Positions 54,045 through 63,217 are shown, counted from the first letter of the stretch. The stretch: DNA of 64,000 nt from an uncultured delta proteobacterium (GCA_963845145.1 CAWJQU010000002.1:595743-659742), one strand, 5' to 3'. Program-made: numbers and translations. The notes: generated from the letters alone by a model not told the origin.

Positions 54045-54848
54045 TCATTTAAGTGAATAGTAATTGAAGTTGTCCTTACCAACGCGATGATGGTGTTTGC
54101 GGCGTTCAATCTTTCCGGCCAGTAAATTACCGTCGATGGTGTCTAATCCGGGTGTGTGCGCGTTGCTGGGATCTACTTTCTCGATTAGAAAATGGTGCTG
54201 GCGTGTTGCCACGGCACCCATGTCAGCCGGCTTTATATTCTGCACAAATTGTGTGCTCCAAGTGTTGAGCTTTATGGGGCCTGTAGGTCCACCGATACTG
54301 ATGTTCCACTTTATGGCCTTCAAACCAGCCTTGCGGTAGCAGTATACACAGAATATTCCGCACCAACTCTTTTTTTTCCCGCCAACGAAGGGCTGGGGGC
54401 TCCAGGCCTTCGTGAGAGGATCAATGAAATTGGCGTCGGTTAGCGTAACCCCGGCAGCATCCTTAAAGATGTCCTGCACAATGTCGATCCCTTTGGGGCG
54501 TCCTTTGATCATCTGAGAAAAATCGACTGCGCCAACCAGTTTCGCTGCCGCTTGGATTGTTGCTTTGCGGATGCCCTCCTTGTTGTCTGGCGGCTTTCCG
54601 GGAGGTATGCCAAGAATGTTACCTACCAGCTTCATCAGCATGGCAAAGCTTAGCGGACCGAAAATTCCATCCGTAGTCAGCCGGTTTTGGCGTTGGAACT
54701 CTTTCACTCTGCCGGCTGTTTTTGCGCCATAGACACCATCGGCTGCCAGTCTCGCCTGATTTGAAGGCAGTTTATTTAGCGCAGCCTGTATCTGAGCGAC
54801 ATCATCACCACGGAACCCGATGCGAAGCACACGTTTTAATGTTTTCAT
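54045..54848 (-). CDS. Peptidoglycan-binding domain plus CHAP-like cysteine amidase domain
   Basis: LRIGFRGDDV..Q..L, DGVYGAKT..V..FQ, DGIFG; C-terminal WCGIF, HH, IDGN. Confidence 0.75.
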   Translation of the reverse strand: MKTLKRVLRIGFRGDDVAQIQAALNKLPSNQARLAADGVYGAKTAGRVKEFQRQNRLTTDGIFGPLSFAMLMKLVGNILGIPPGKPPDNKEGIRKATIQAAAKLVGAVDFSQMIKGRPKGIDIVQDIFKDAAGVTLTDANFIDPLTKAWSPQPFVGGKKKSWCGIFCVYCYRKAGLKAIKWNISIGGPTGPIKLNTWSTQFVQNIKPADMGAVATRQHHFLIEKVDPSNAHTPGLDTIDGNLLAGKIERRKHHHRVGKDNFNYYSLK

Positions 54849-55009
54849 CTCAACCGTCCCTTATTGTTTGAGCCCCACCTAATTCTATACAGCGATACAA
54901 CCAATCGACATGTTAACACTTTGGGCAATCGATGATTGCCATCTAAAGTCATTTTTCTAAGCTGAACACACCTCCTAAAGCGCGGCATATTGATTCCGCC
55001 CCCAAGATT

Positions 55010-55432
55010 CTAAACAATGTTTTTCGACACAACACCAATGTCAGATCGATGTGTCCATCCCACAGATTTCCAGAATGCAATACCGTTTGCATTGTCATTG
55101 AAAATGAAGAGGTGACATTTATGAATGCCCGCATTGGCCAATAGCGTAAGACATCGATCAGCGAGCCTGCGAGCGATACCTTGCCTACGGTACGCTGGGT
55201 CTACCGCTAGATGATGAATGTAGCCACGCCTGCCATCGTGTCCGGCAAGGACGGCCCCGACGACCTTACCATTTGCAGTAGCAATAAAGCTCATCCCTGG
55301 ATTGCGATCGAGATAGATTTGTATATTCTCAATTGAGTCTGCATCGCTTAACCCCACTCCATCACACTTTTGCCATAAGGTAAGGACGCTGTCATATATC
55401 TCAATTGTAAACGGTGAGATTTTAATATTCAT
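55010..55432 (-). CDS. GNAT acetyltransferase
   Basis: GHDGRRGYIHHLAV..YRRQGIA. Confidence 0.9.
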   Translation of the reverse strand: MNIKISPFTIEIYDSVLTLWQKCDGVGLSDADSIENIQIYLDRNPGMSFIATANGKVVGAVLAGHDGRRGYIHHLAVDPAYRRQGIARRLADRCLTLLANAGIHKCHLFIFNDNANGIAFWKSVGWTHRSDIGVVSKNIV

Positions 55433-55465
55433 TTTTTTCCCAATAAACCATAACGTCTCAAAATT

Positions 55466-55775
55466 TCATATTTTAATTGAGTAAATATGTTGAGGCCCAA
55501 CCGGACCGCCATCATATATTTCTCCAGTATCTTTCATCCCACATTCAATATATATTTTTTTTAGCCGCTTGGTTTCGAAAATTGATGGTTAGATTTAATG
55601 TTGTGGCTTCGGGAAAATATTTATTCATTGATTTGGTAATTTCACAAACGGCCTTTTTCCCAAGCCCTTTCCCTCGATATTTTTCAGTGATGAAAAAAGA
55701 TTCCAACCAGTATGCCCCATGATAATTTTAGTTTATTCCCAGATTGATATTTGCGCTATCGATTGTGTAATTTGT
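55466..55775 (-). pseudogene. Truncated GNAT acetyltransferase remnant
   Basis: Manual translation YTIDSANINLGIN*NYHGAYWLESFFITEKYRGKGLGKKAV...LNLTINFRNQAAKKIY...GGPVGPQHIYSIKI*; no start codon, internal stop. Confidence 0.7.
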
Positions 55776-55799
55776 AATGAATTATTTTTTCGCAAAAAC

Positions 55800-56204
55800 C
55801 TACCCAGTGACAAATTGTGCCCTTATTTCAACCTGATCATTTAAGCTACGTTTTACAGGGCAAGTGGCCATCGCTCTTTCTAACTTATCTATTAAACCGG
55901 GACTCAATTTTTCAGGATAGAAAACATCCAGGCTGATGGACTTGATCATTTTTGGATCATCCCCTAACGTTTTTAAAACCGATATTTTTATCTTTTTCGG
56001 ATCATACCCTTCACGCTCAAGGATACTGTCGATTGAGGTAAGAATACAAGAACCCAGGGCGGCTGAAACCAAATCGGTAGAGGAAAATGATCTTCCACCT
56101 CCCCCATACTCGGGTGGCAAATCCGTTACGATATCGGTTCCTGCCAATTCGTGTCTTATTTGGCAGCGCCCTTTATCATGTAATTGAATAGTAAACTTGG
56201 ACAA
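55800..56204 (-). CDS. OsmC family protein
   Basis: TDLP..GG.G..FSSTDL...LGSC, CPVKRSL. Confidence 0.88.
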   Translation of the reverse strand: MSKFTIQLHDKGRCQIRHELAGTDIVTDLPPEYGGGGRSFSSTDLVSAALGSCILTSIDSILEREGYDPKKIKISVLKTLGDDPKMIKSISLDVFYPEKLSPGLIDKLERAMATCPVKRSLNDQVEIRAQFVTG

Positions 56205-56248
56205 AATAGTACTCCTTTGTATTTAACACCTAACCGTTACTATCGCCC

Positions 56249-56866
56249 CTACTTATTGTGCTGGCTGTTTTTATCTGCCGCAACCTTTTTATAGTACCGT
56301 ATCGCCTTACCTGTCACGCTTTTTATAAAGTCACCCTTGGCATGGGTGTAAGCCACACGATTACCGGGGTGTCTGTCAGCGAGTTTTTGTTTGAGCGCCC
56401 CATACTCCCTCGCGACATCCGGATATTCGATAAGATAGTCTCGAAATAGCAACCTGTCCCAGTGTTCGAATTCGGCCTCAACCATATGGATATGATGGGT
56501 TCTGTTCCCGCTTTTGTCTCGTTTGATAAACCAGGCATAGAATGGTGGCGTATCATTACCCCATGTTGGTCTCCAAAAATAATCATATCCTTGCTCCTCA
56601 AGGATCGGTGCAATTCTTACTTTGGCCTCATCCAGACATGTAACCTCGACCAGAATATCCACAATAGGCTTTGCCAAAAGCCCTGGAACCGCCGTGCTTC
56701 CAAAATGTTCAATTCTTTTTATCAAATCAGACGGGAGGCAGGACAGAAGATGTTCCCTCTCTTTTTCAAACATCTCCGGCCACCGGGGATGGTATGGCAC
56801 AATGGCCACATCCTCCTGCACGACCCTGGCGATTTTTTCTTCAAGTGTTTCCATTGGCTGTTTCAT
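56249..56866 (-). CDS. GrpB family protein
   Basis: IEHFGSTAVPGLLAKPIVD, THHIH, FRDYL, YT.AK. Confidence 0.9.
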   Translation of the reverse strand: MKQPMETLEEKIARVVQEDVAIVPYHPRWPEMFEKEREHLLSCLPSDLIKRIEHFGSTAVPGLLAKPIVDILVEVTCLDEAKVRIAPILEEQGYDYFWRPTWGNDTPPFYAWFIKRDKSGNRTHHIHMVEAEFEHWDRLLFRDYLIEYPDVAREYGALKQKLADRHPGNRVAYTHAKGDFIKSVTGKAIRYYKKVAADKNSQHNK

Positions 56867-56887
56867 CTGACGAAATTTTATCAACTC

Positions 56888-56931
56888 TTGACTCCTATCC
56901 AATGTGTATATATTATGCAATTAATACACAT
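56888..56931 (+). promoter_or_regulatory. vapBC sigma70 promoter with palindromic operator
   Basis: TTGACT-17-TATTAT; ATGTGTAT (56902-56909)...ATACACAT (56924-56931). Confidence 0.7.
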
Positions 56932-56949
56932 CAGATAGGAGGCGATAAT

Positions 56950-57144
56950 ATGCGAACCAACATTGTCATTGATGATAAGCTTATCAATGAGGCCATGGCC
57001 CTCAGCAAGATAAAAACAAAAAAGGCTGTTGTTGAAACAGGACTTAAACTCTTGGTGCAAATCAAGAAACAAGAACAAATAAGAAAATTACGTGGAAAGC
57101 TAAAATGGGATGGTGACCTTGATTCAATGAGATTAGATCAGTGA
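56950..57144 (+). CDS. vapB: Type II antitoxin VapB family
   Basis: MRTNIVIDDKLINEAM...LRGKLKWDGDLDSMR; AGGAGG RBS; overlaps PIN gene. Confidence 0.88.
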   Translation: MRTNIVIDDKLINEAMALSKIKTKKAVVETGLKLLVQIKKQEQIRKLRGKLKWDGDLDSMRLDQ

Positions 57145-57536
57145 TTCTGGTCGACTCATCCGTATGGATCAATTATTTCAATGGTGTTTCCACGTGGCAA
57201 ACAGACTTACTTGACGGTTACCTCTCAACGACGCCTGTCATCATTGGCGATTTAATCCTTGCAGAGGTCCTTCAGGGTTTTAAATCGAATAAGGCTTATG
57301 AAACTGCCAAGGACTTGCTTAGCGTTCTTCCATTTCGTCAAATCGGTGGGTATAATGTCGCTATTCAAAGCGCACAAAATTATCGAATCCTTCGAAAATC
57401 CGGTGTAACGGTTCGAAAAACAATCGATGTGATCATCGGAACATTCTGTATCATGGAACGATTACCCCTGCTCTATGATGACCGTGATTTTGATCCAATG
57501 GTGGCCCATTTTTCCCTAATGACGCCCTCACCTTAG
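57141..57536 (+). CDS. vapC: PIN-domain toxin VapC
   Basis: ILVDSSVWI, EVLQG, RKTID, DRDF. Confidence 0.92.
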   Translation: MILVDSSVWINYFNGVSTWQTDLLDGYLSTTPVIIGDLILAEVLQGFKSNKAYETAKDLLSVLPFRQIGGYNVAIQSAQNYRILRKSGVTVRKTIDVIIGTFCIMERLPLLYDDRDFDPMVAHFSLMTPSP

Positions 57537-57541
57537 TCGCA

Positions 57542-58006
57542 TTAGGGATAGACCACCTTAAAACGCTCACAGATAATAGGCATACGTAAATTTGGCTCTT
57601 TTCCCAGACGCTGACATTCTCTTGAAAAGTATAACCAGTGCACTTCTCGCCAGTGACGCAGCGATCGATCCCCCTCACCTTCAACAGCAGCAAAGGCTTC
57701 ACTGACCTCCTCGTAAGGCACTATCTCCACCTGAGTTGTTTCAATGATGCACAACGGTTCCTGCTGCCAATTGGTCACCACGCTGAGGTCTCCAACTTTA
57801 GGAATTGGCTTATTGTTTATTTCGTTAACCCAGAGAAGACCTGCCGTCGCACGTTTCCGGCCTTGCAAAACTAAGTCACCGAGTGCGTTTGCATTCGTCT
57901 CGTTGTCATCGAAGTGAAAAGATTCATAGAACCGGGATGATTCGTCATGGCCGATTTCCGCTTCAAATGATTTCCAAAACTGTTTAATGTGAGTTGGAAT
58001 ACACAC
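57542..58006 (-). CDS. ASCH domain protein
   Basis: GRKRATA, P.VGD..VV, EGEGDRSL.HWR; start uncertain (GTG 58006). Confidence 0.88.
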   Translation of the reverse strand: MCIPTHIKQFWKSFEAEIGHDESSRFYESFHFDDNETNANALGDLVLQGRKRATAGLLWVNEINNKPIPKVGDLSVVTNWQQEPLCIIETTQVEIVPYEEVSEAFAAVEGEGDRSLRHWREVHWLYFSRECQRLGKEPNLRMPIICERFKVVYP

Positions 58007-58028
58007 GCAATCTGCTCCATCGGCATTG

Positions 58029-58526
58029 TTATGCATTTTTCTCCAACACATGAATGTCTAATCCCTCGTTCTCTTCAGGAGCTTGAAAATAGCTATTAAC
58101 TTGATGAAACACCTCTTCAGTATCAAAGGCTGCACGTTCGGGATGGATGACCCTGCGCTGGCCTATGTTCCTTAAACATTGCTCATCGCTGGCTTTGAGG
58201 TAGAACAATTTATGTGGCGCATCAACTTCATTACAAACCTCAATAAACCATGCCCGTTGGCTTCGGGTATTGCCAGGAAAGTCGAGAATAGCCGATACTC
58301 CTGTATTCAGTATATTTTGAACATGAGCCTTTACCAACGGTTTGAGGCGTGCGGAAAAATGTAGGTATGCATTGAAATCGGTTATTTCATTCGGATATAG
58401 ACTTGCCAACCAATCATCCTCTGATATTAAGACGGCATTTAGTTCTTGAGCTAGCCGTAATGACTGAGTTGTTTTACCTGCTCCCATCTTTCCACAGAAG
58501 AATATCAATGTTCCCTTTGTATCCAC
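58029..58526 (-). CDS. P-loop kinase/AAA_33 family ATP-binding protein
   Basis: CGKMGAGKT, ISEDDW, LDFPGNT. Confidence 0.85.
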   Translation of the reverse strand: MDTKGTLIFFCGKMGAGKTTQSLRLAQELNAVLISEDDWLASLYPNEITDFNAYLHFSARLKPLVKAHVQNILNTGVSAILDFPGNTRSQRAWFIEVCNEVDAPHKLFYLKASDEQCLRNIGQRRVIHPERAAFDTEEVFHQVNSYFQAPEENEGLDIHVLEKNA

Positions 58527-58541
58527 TTATTCCTCTTAATT

Positions 58542-58599
58542 GCATAACGCTGAAATCAGGGACGCGGTTTTTTGTGTCCACTGAATTTATTTGATAGCC
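58542..58599 (-). mobile_element. Integron attC site (58 bp, inverse core mutated)
   Basis: Minus GGCTATC...CAGTGGACAC-AAAAAACC-GCGTCCCTG...GTTATGC. Confidence 0.7.
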
Positions 58600-59510
58600 A
58601 TTTCTTCAACTTTTTTTGCTCTTTCCAATGCAATCAAAACATTCCGATTGAATATATTATAAGGGATATCTGTGTTAAGATGACCAAACTTTTCTCTATA
58701 TCCTTTTTCTGATAATTTAACTAAATCGGTCAAGTAAAATAACCTCTCCCAATATTCAATTTTCTTTTGAAAATACTGCGTCATATTCGTTGCTAATGGA
58801 TTATCAATGTGTTTTCTATTCCAGGGGCAAGCTTGTTGGCATATTTCACAATCACCTATCCTATTCTCCATAATTATTTGCACTTTTTTAGGTAAGTTTT
58901 CATCCGCCAACAGATATGACATACAATTTTTAACATTCAACACATACGGTTCATCAAGCGCTTCTAAAGGACAGGCCTTTTGACATTTGTCGCAGTTTTT
59001 GCATCGATTGGATTCTTCTTTGGTATTATGCTCAAGTTCGGCGTTTGTTATAATTCCGCCAAGAGCTAAAAATGTTCCATACTTTTTTGATATAAGCAAA
59101 GAATGCTTACCTTGCCATCCCAAACCCGCTCTTATTGCAGCAAGTTTTAATGGAAGGATAGATCCGCCTTTTTTAGAACCTTCACAAACAATTGCCTGAT
59201 ATCCCTCATTTTTTAAAAAATCGACAATTGGTTCAATCGGTTTCACGACATCAAGGAAAAACTCAGAAAGATAGAGCCTGCTCGTTCGACCATACCAGGG
59301 ATTTGTCCAACAAGGTAGGGTTGTTCCCCCGATGTAGATACCTGCAATAATGATTGTTGCTGCGTTAGGCAAAGATAGCTTTGGATCTCGTCGTAGAGAG
59401 TGACTTAATGGATAGTCTGTAAATTTGGATGCCTCAGCAAATCCCAAAACATCTATCCCTATGGAATATGCAAGATTTCTGATTTTTTCTGAAAGCAAGT
59501 CTTTTTTCAT
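58587..59510 (-). CDS. QueG-like 4Fe-4S protein (epoxyqueuosine reductase family)
   Basis: AAIRAGLGWQGK, CKNCDKCQKACP, CEICQQACPWN. Confidence 0.82.
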   Translation of the reverse strand: MKKDLLSEKIRNLAYSIGIDVLGFAEASKFTDYPLSHSLRRDPKLSLPNAATIIIAGIYIGGTTLPCWTNPWYGRTSRLYLSEFFLDVVKPIEPIVDFLKNEGYQAIVCEGSKKGGSILPLKLAAIRAGLGWQGKHSLLISKKYGTFLALGGIITNAELEHNTKEESNRCKNCDKCQKACPLEALDEPYVLNVKNCMSYLLADENLPKKVQIIMENRIGDCEICQQACPWNRKHIDNPLATNMTQYFQKKIEYWERLFYLTDLVKLSEKGYREKFGHLNTDIPYNIFNRNVLIALERAKKVEEMAIK

Positions 59511-59548
59511 TTTTTTACCACTAACTCCTCATCAATCTTTTCAGCGTA

Positions 59549-59603
59549 GGCTTACACATTTCTCAGCGGGCGCGTAGCGCTCCGCCGAAGAAAATCGTTG
59601 TGC
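59549..59603 (-). mobile_element. Integron attC site (55 bp, core GTAAGCC mutated)
   Basis: Minus GCACAAC-GATTTTCTTCGGCGGAGCGC-TAC-GCGCCCGCTGAGAAATGT-GTAAGCC directly at the stop codon. Confidence 0.7.
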
Positions 59604-60397
59604 TAATTGCAATAGAAATCAGAGATGGCTTTGAATGTTTCACCAAATCGGTTTTTCGTCGTCGCTGCGAAATTTTCATCAAAGGTGGCTGGTCTTCCTT
59701 GATCAAGCTCTCGTGCAGGCATATAAGTGCCGGCCCTAATCTCAATCATTATGGCTTCGATTGTGGGCGGCTTACCATATTGTCTAACTATATAACCTCC
59801 AGAGAATGGATCATTAATTGAGGTTGAAAAACCTTTATCGATCATTTCGCTTTCAAAAAAAGCAATTAAATTCTGTGAGGAACTTGAAGCATGAGCATTA
59901 CCAATGCAAATATCGGTGTTTATGGATCCAATGCAGCTGTGTAAATCAATGAGTAACATTCTTCCGAACTGTTCGGTTTTCTGTTCTATTAATCCCTGGA
60001 GAGTTTCATGAAATGGATTGTAATATTTTTTTACTCTTCGTATTACTTCATCTTCGGTAGGCAAAGTTGAATACACGGGCCAATCAAAAGGCGTTCCTTT
60101 GGGAAGAGATGTCGTAAGAAAGCTCTTTGCATATTCCCCGGTGTATGGCTCTTTTAGCAACCGATTAACATTTGCCACGTATTTATAAGGTTTAAAATAT
60201 AAAACAGTAATCCCTAAATCAGGGAGAAAATCAAAAAGTTTTTCCAAGTGCCAATCTGTATTTATCAAAGATTCTGCGTGACGAGGGTTGAATTGCGGAC
60301 GAATTTCGTCAGGTATTTCTGATCCACTGTGTGAAATGGTGGCCAAAATAGGTAATTCCTTTTTCTCACCTGCAGTAATAATTTCGAATACACTCAT
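59603..60397 (-). CDS. N-formylglutamate amidohydrolase family
   Basis: SHSG.EIP, TDWH, YYNPFH, LIDLHS, NDPFSGGYI. Confidence 0.87.
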   Translation of the reverse strand: MSVFEIITAGEKKELPILATISHSGSEIPDEIRPQFNPRHAESLINTDWHLEKLFDFLPDLGITVLYFKPYKYVANVNRLLKEPYTGEYAKSFLTTSLPKGTPFDWPVYSTLPTEDEVIRRVKKYYNPFHETLQGLIEQKTEQFGRMLLIDLHSCIGSINTDICIGNAHASSSSQNLIAFFESEMIDKGFSTSINDPFSGGYIVRQYGKPPTIEAIMIEIRAGTYMPARELDQGRPATFDENFAATTKNRFGETFKAISDFYCN

Positions 60398-60412
60398 AGC
60401 TTTTTGTAGTTA

Positions 60413-60535
60413 GCACGCCGCCGGGCATCACCTGGGCCAAAAACCGACAGGTTTTTGGGATCAACGTGCAGGCCTTTGTTGACGGTTCAGATTGTGTCTC
60501 GCTGCGCTCTCACAATCTAACCTTATTCGTTATAC
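60413..60535 (-). mobile_element. Two fused, degenerate attC sites
   Basis: Minus GTATAAC..GGTTAGATTGTG..CACAATCTGAACC joined to CCGTCAAC..CCAAAAACC-TGTC-GGTTTTTGG..GGCGTGC. Confidence 0.65.
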
Positions 60536-60946
60536 CAAAGATTTCACCATGTATTGCTTGCTGTGATCTTTGGCAAAGTTGTTTAATGTACCAAATTCAC
60601 TAAAGCCCAGTTTCATGTAAAATTCTGGGCTCTGGAAGCTGTAAGTATAGAGATATATTCCTATACAATCTCGTTTTAAAGCTTTATCCTCTGCCATTTT
60701 TACAAGTTTTTTTCCAAATCCTTCGTTTCTTAGATTCTGCTTTACCCACAGACTATCGATATATAGCCAACCTCCGCCAATAATGCAGTGTATACCCGCT
60801 ACCATTTGTTTTGATTCATCTTCAAGTTTGATTATGAAATCATTGTATGAATAATCTCGCACTTTAGATTGGTTATATTCAAAGAGAAGATTGTTTAATC
60901 GGTCAACTTCATCTTTTGATGGATTTTTATCGATTATTACATTCAT
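60530..60946 (-). CDS. GNAT acetyltransferase
   Basis: LYIDSLWV..LRNEGFGKKL, TYSFQSPEFY; start MNVII. Confidence 0.9.
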   Translation of the reverse strand: MNVIIDKNPSKDEVDRLNNLLFEYNQSKVRDYSYNDFIIKLEDESKQMVAGIHCIIGGGWLYIDSLWVKQNLRNEGFGKKLVKMAEDKALKRDCIGIYLYTYSFQSPEFYMKLGFSEFGTLNNFAKDHSKQYMVKSLV

Positions 60947-60965
60947 AATGCTTTGTTGGTTTGTG

Positions 60966-61067
60966 GTATAACGTCCGCTGGTGATCAACGGCCTAAATGA
61001 CTTCCAACCGTGCACGGCCTTTACGCACAAAACCGCTATCTTCAAGCCGTCTGCTCCAGCGTTATAC
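60966..61067 (-). mobile_element. Integron attC site (~102 bp)
   Basis: Complementary ends GTATAAC...GTTATAC with paired arms (GCTGG/CCAGC, ACGGC/GCCGT). Confidence 0.7.
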
Positions 61068-61090
61068 AGTAAAAGCCCAATGAAGATTGT

Positions 61091-61414
61091 TCAATACGGA
61101 TGCTCTTCCTTATCAAACACATATTCAAAATAATTTGAAGCTTCTTCCGATTTTTCTCGTTCAGTCATATCATCTTCTTCATCAAAATTTTCTATATATA
61201 CCTTCATGTATCTTTCTTTTGTAAATTCTTTAAATTTTGAAAGCAGAGACTGAATTTTTTCATCGTCCTCATTGATATCTTTCAAATAATTTCTAACCCC
61301 ATTTAAGATAAATTTTAATTCTTTTATCATTTCAATGTCATCAACCACATCACGTTTGATATATTCAAAATGTTCATCTAAAATGTGATTAACGATTTTA
61401 GTCATAGTATTCAT
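61091..61414 (-). CDS. Hypothetical acidic protein (AT-rich cassette ORF)
   Basis: 107-aa ORF from MNTMTK between two attC sites. Confidence 0.7.
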   Translation of the reverse strand: MNTMTKIVNHILDEHFEYIKRDVVDDIEMIKELKFILNGVRNYLKDINEDDEKIQSLLSKFKEFTKERYMKVYIENFDEEDDMTEREKSEEASNYFEYVFDKEEHPY

Positions 61415-61436
61415 AAACGTCTGATATCCTTGTTTT

Positions 61437-61576
61437 GCATAACACAGTAAATAAGAGGCTTTTAAAACGCCCTGAACGAAGGCACGAAAACCGACTTGGC
61501 ACGATACGTTGCAACGGGCAACCAACTTGACATTGCCGCGCGTTTTCAAAGTCCTTCTCCATTTGCATTGTTATCA
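61437..61576 (-). mobile_element. Integron attC site (~140 bp)
   Basis: Plus GCATAAC..AGAGG-CTTTTAAAACGC...GCGTTTTCAAAG-TCCTTCT..GTTATCA. Confidence 0.75.
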
Positions 61577-61743
61577 CTTCAGTTTCTATTAGGGCAAAAT
61601 CAAACCTTCCTGCTCATATTTTTCTTGATTTATGTTGCACAGCATACAATCTGTCAAGGTTTTGTAACAGAATGTAAAATACTCCGCACAGGGGCTTATT
61701 CGCCAGAATTCAACGTATTCTTGTCCTTTTGTGAACATTTCTG

Positions 61744-63030
61744 TCATGGCGAACCATGATGCTTCATGACCTGATGGATCACATCAATCGCATTCCCGAT
61801 ACCATCTTCGGCACGAATTTTCATGCCCAATTCGGTTGCACGCTGTCGGAGGTCAGGATTCGTCACGACGTCGGTCATGGCGTCGGCTAACCGTTCTACC
61901 GTCAATTTACGACGCGGAATCGGTTTTGGCCCAACCCCTAAATCATAGACTCGTTCGCCCCAGAATGGCTGGTCAGTGAGGAACGGTACAATAATCGTTG
62001 GAACACCAGCGCGTAGGCCCGCCGCTGTCGTGCCAGCACCGCCATGATGCACCACGGCGGCGACGCGGGGGAAAAGCCATTCATGGGGGACTGATTCAAC
62101 GGTCAAAATAGACTCAGGAAGATCGTTGTAGTGCAATCCTCCCCACCCGGTTAAGAGAATACCGCGTTGCTGTGTGCGGATTAAAGCCTGGATACAGATT
62201 TCAGCGATTGTTTCCTTATCATTTGCGACCATGCTGCCAAATCCAATGGAGATTGGAGACGGCCCGGAGTCTAAAAACGCGGTCAACGCTTTCGGAGGAT
62301 GCCAATCGGTCGTCTGATCGAGAAACCAGTAGCCGGAAATCACCGCGCGGTCGCTCCACTCCGGTGGTTTAAGGATCACTTTCGGACTGAATCCATATAG
62401 GCGAGGTACCGGACTGTTGAAGATATCCAGGAAATACCTCCACGTGAGCGGAGGCATCGAAAAACGGCGCTGACGCCACCGGTTGATGCGTGATCGGAGC
62501 ACGCCCCACAATACCAGAAAGATGCTCGAATAGGTCAGGCGATTCCCTATCGCTCCCAATGAACGGGTAGTCACGAGCATATGCGGAAATTCGCCCGTAG
62601 GCTCAGCGGGTTGCAGCAACGCATACATGTGGGGAATCCCCAATTTTTCCGCCACAGACGACGACACACCAGGAGGGATTAGATTCGCGAGACAAAGATC
62701 CGCTCCCTGGCACGCTTCCCAGCAGGATTGGCCTATGTCCGGGATGGCTTTCAGGAGAAGCTGCGTCATTCGAATACTTTGCACAATCTGGTTTTGTTGA
62801 AAGGGATGTTGAGGCGCCTCTCCAGTGATTTTTTTCATCGACTGTTTCGGATCTAACCCTCTGAGTTGATAAAATCGAAGCCCAGCCTGCTCAACGAGAG
62901 GTTCAAATTCTTGATGGGTGGCGATGGTGATTGTATGTCCCGTTGCTTTCAAGCCTTTTCCCAATGCCACCAATGGTTGTACATCGCCTCTCGACCCCAC
63001 AACGTGAATCGTGATCTTCATACCGCTCAT
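61744..63030 (-). CDS. Glycosyltransferase family 1 (sterol 3-beta-glucosyltransferase-like)
   Basis: GSRGDVQP, GYWF, GFGSM, VPHEWLF, HHGGAGTT, DQPFWG. Confidence 0.92.
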   Translation of the reverse strand: MSGMKITIHVVGSRGDVQPLVALGKGLKATGHTITIATHQEFEPLVEQAGLRFYQLRGLDPKQSMKKITGEAPQHPFQQNQIVQSIRMTQLLLKAIPDIGQSCWEACQGADLCLANLIPPGVSSSVAEKLGIPHMYALLQPAEPTGEFPHMLVTTRSLGAIGNRLTYSSIFLVLWGVLRSRINRWRQRRFSMPPLTWRYFLDIFNSPVPRLYGFSPKVILKPPEWSDRAVISGYWFLDQTTDWHPPKALTAFLDSGPSPISIGFGSMVANDKETIAEICIQALIRTQQRGILLTGWGGLHYNDLPESILTVESVPHEWLFPRVAAVVHHGGAGTTAAGLRAGVPTIIVPFLTDQPFWGERVYDLGVGPKPIPRRKLTVERLADAMTDVVTNPDLRQRATELGMKIRAEDGIGNAIDVIHQVMKHHGSP

Positions 63031-63061
63031 CCGATCTTGTGTACCATTCTTCTACTTGTCA

Positions 63062-63133
63062 TGCTAACAATTTGGGTGAGTTGCAAATGGAGCGCGCAGC
63101 AGGTAATTTTTCAAGTTAACCCATTTGATATTA
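63062..63133 (-). mobile_element. Degenerate integron attC site
   Basis: Plus TGCTAAC-AATTTGGGTGAGTTG..TCAAGTTAACCCATTT-GATATTA. Confidence 0.6.
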
Positions 63134-63217
63134 ACCATTGGAAATGGATAAAGACCGGGTGCAAAAAAAGAATCTATCAATATAGCCCGGAGCGTCTCGG
63201 TTTCGGTTTGTTTCAGG

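Noticed and set aside
56671..56949. N-terminal extension of the antitoxin ORF (157 aa)
   Set aside because: Overlaps grpB antisense and the promoter; a strong RBS defines the start at 56950
61415..61549. Long N-termini of ORFs 61091-61549 and 60530-61045
   Set aside because: They read through attC sites; downstream ATGs are more plausible
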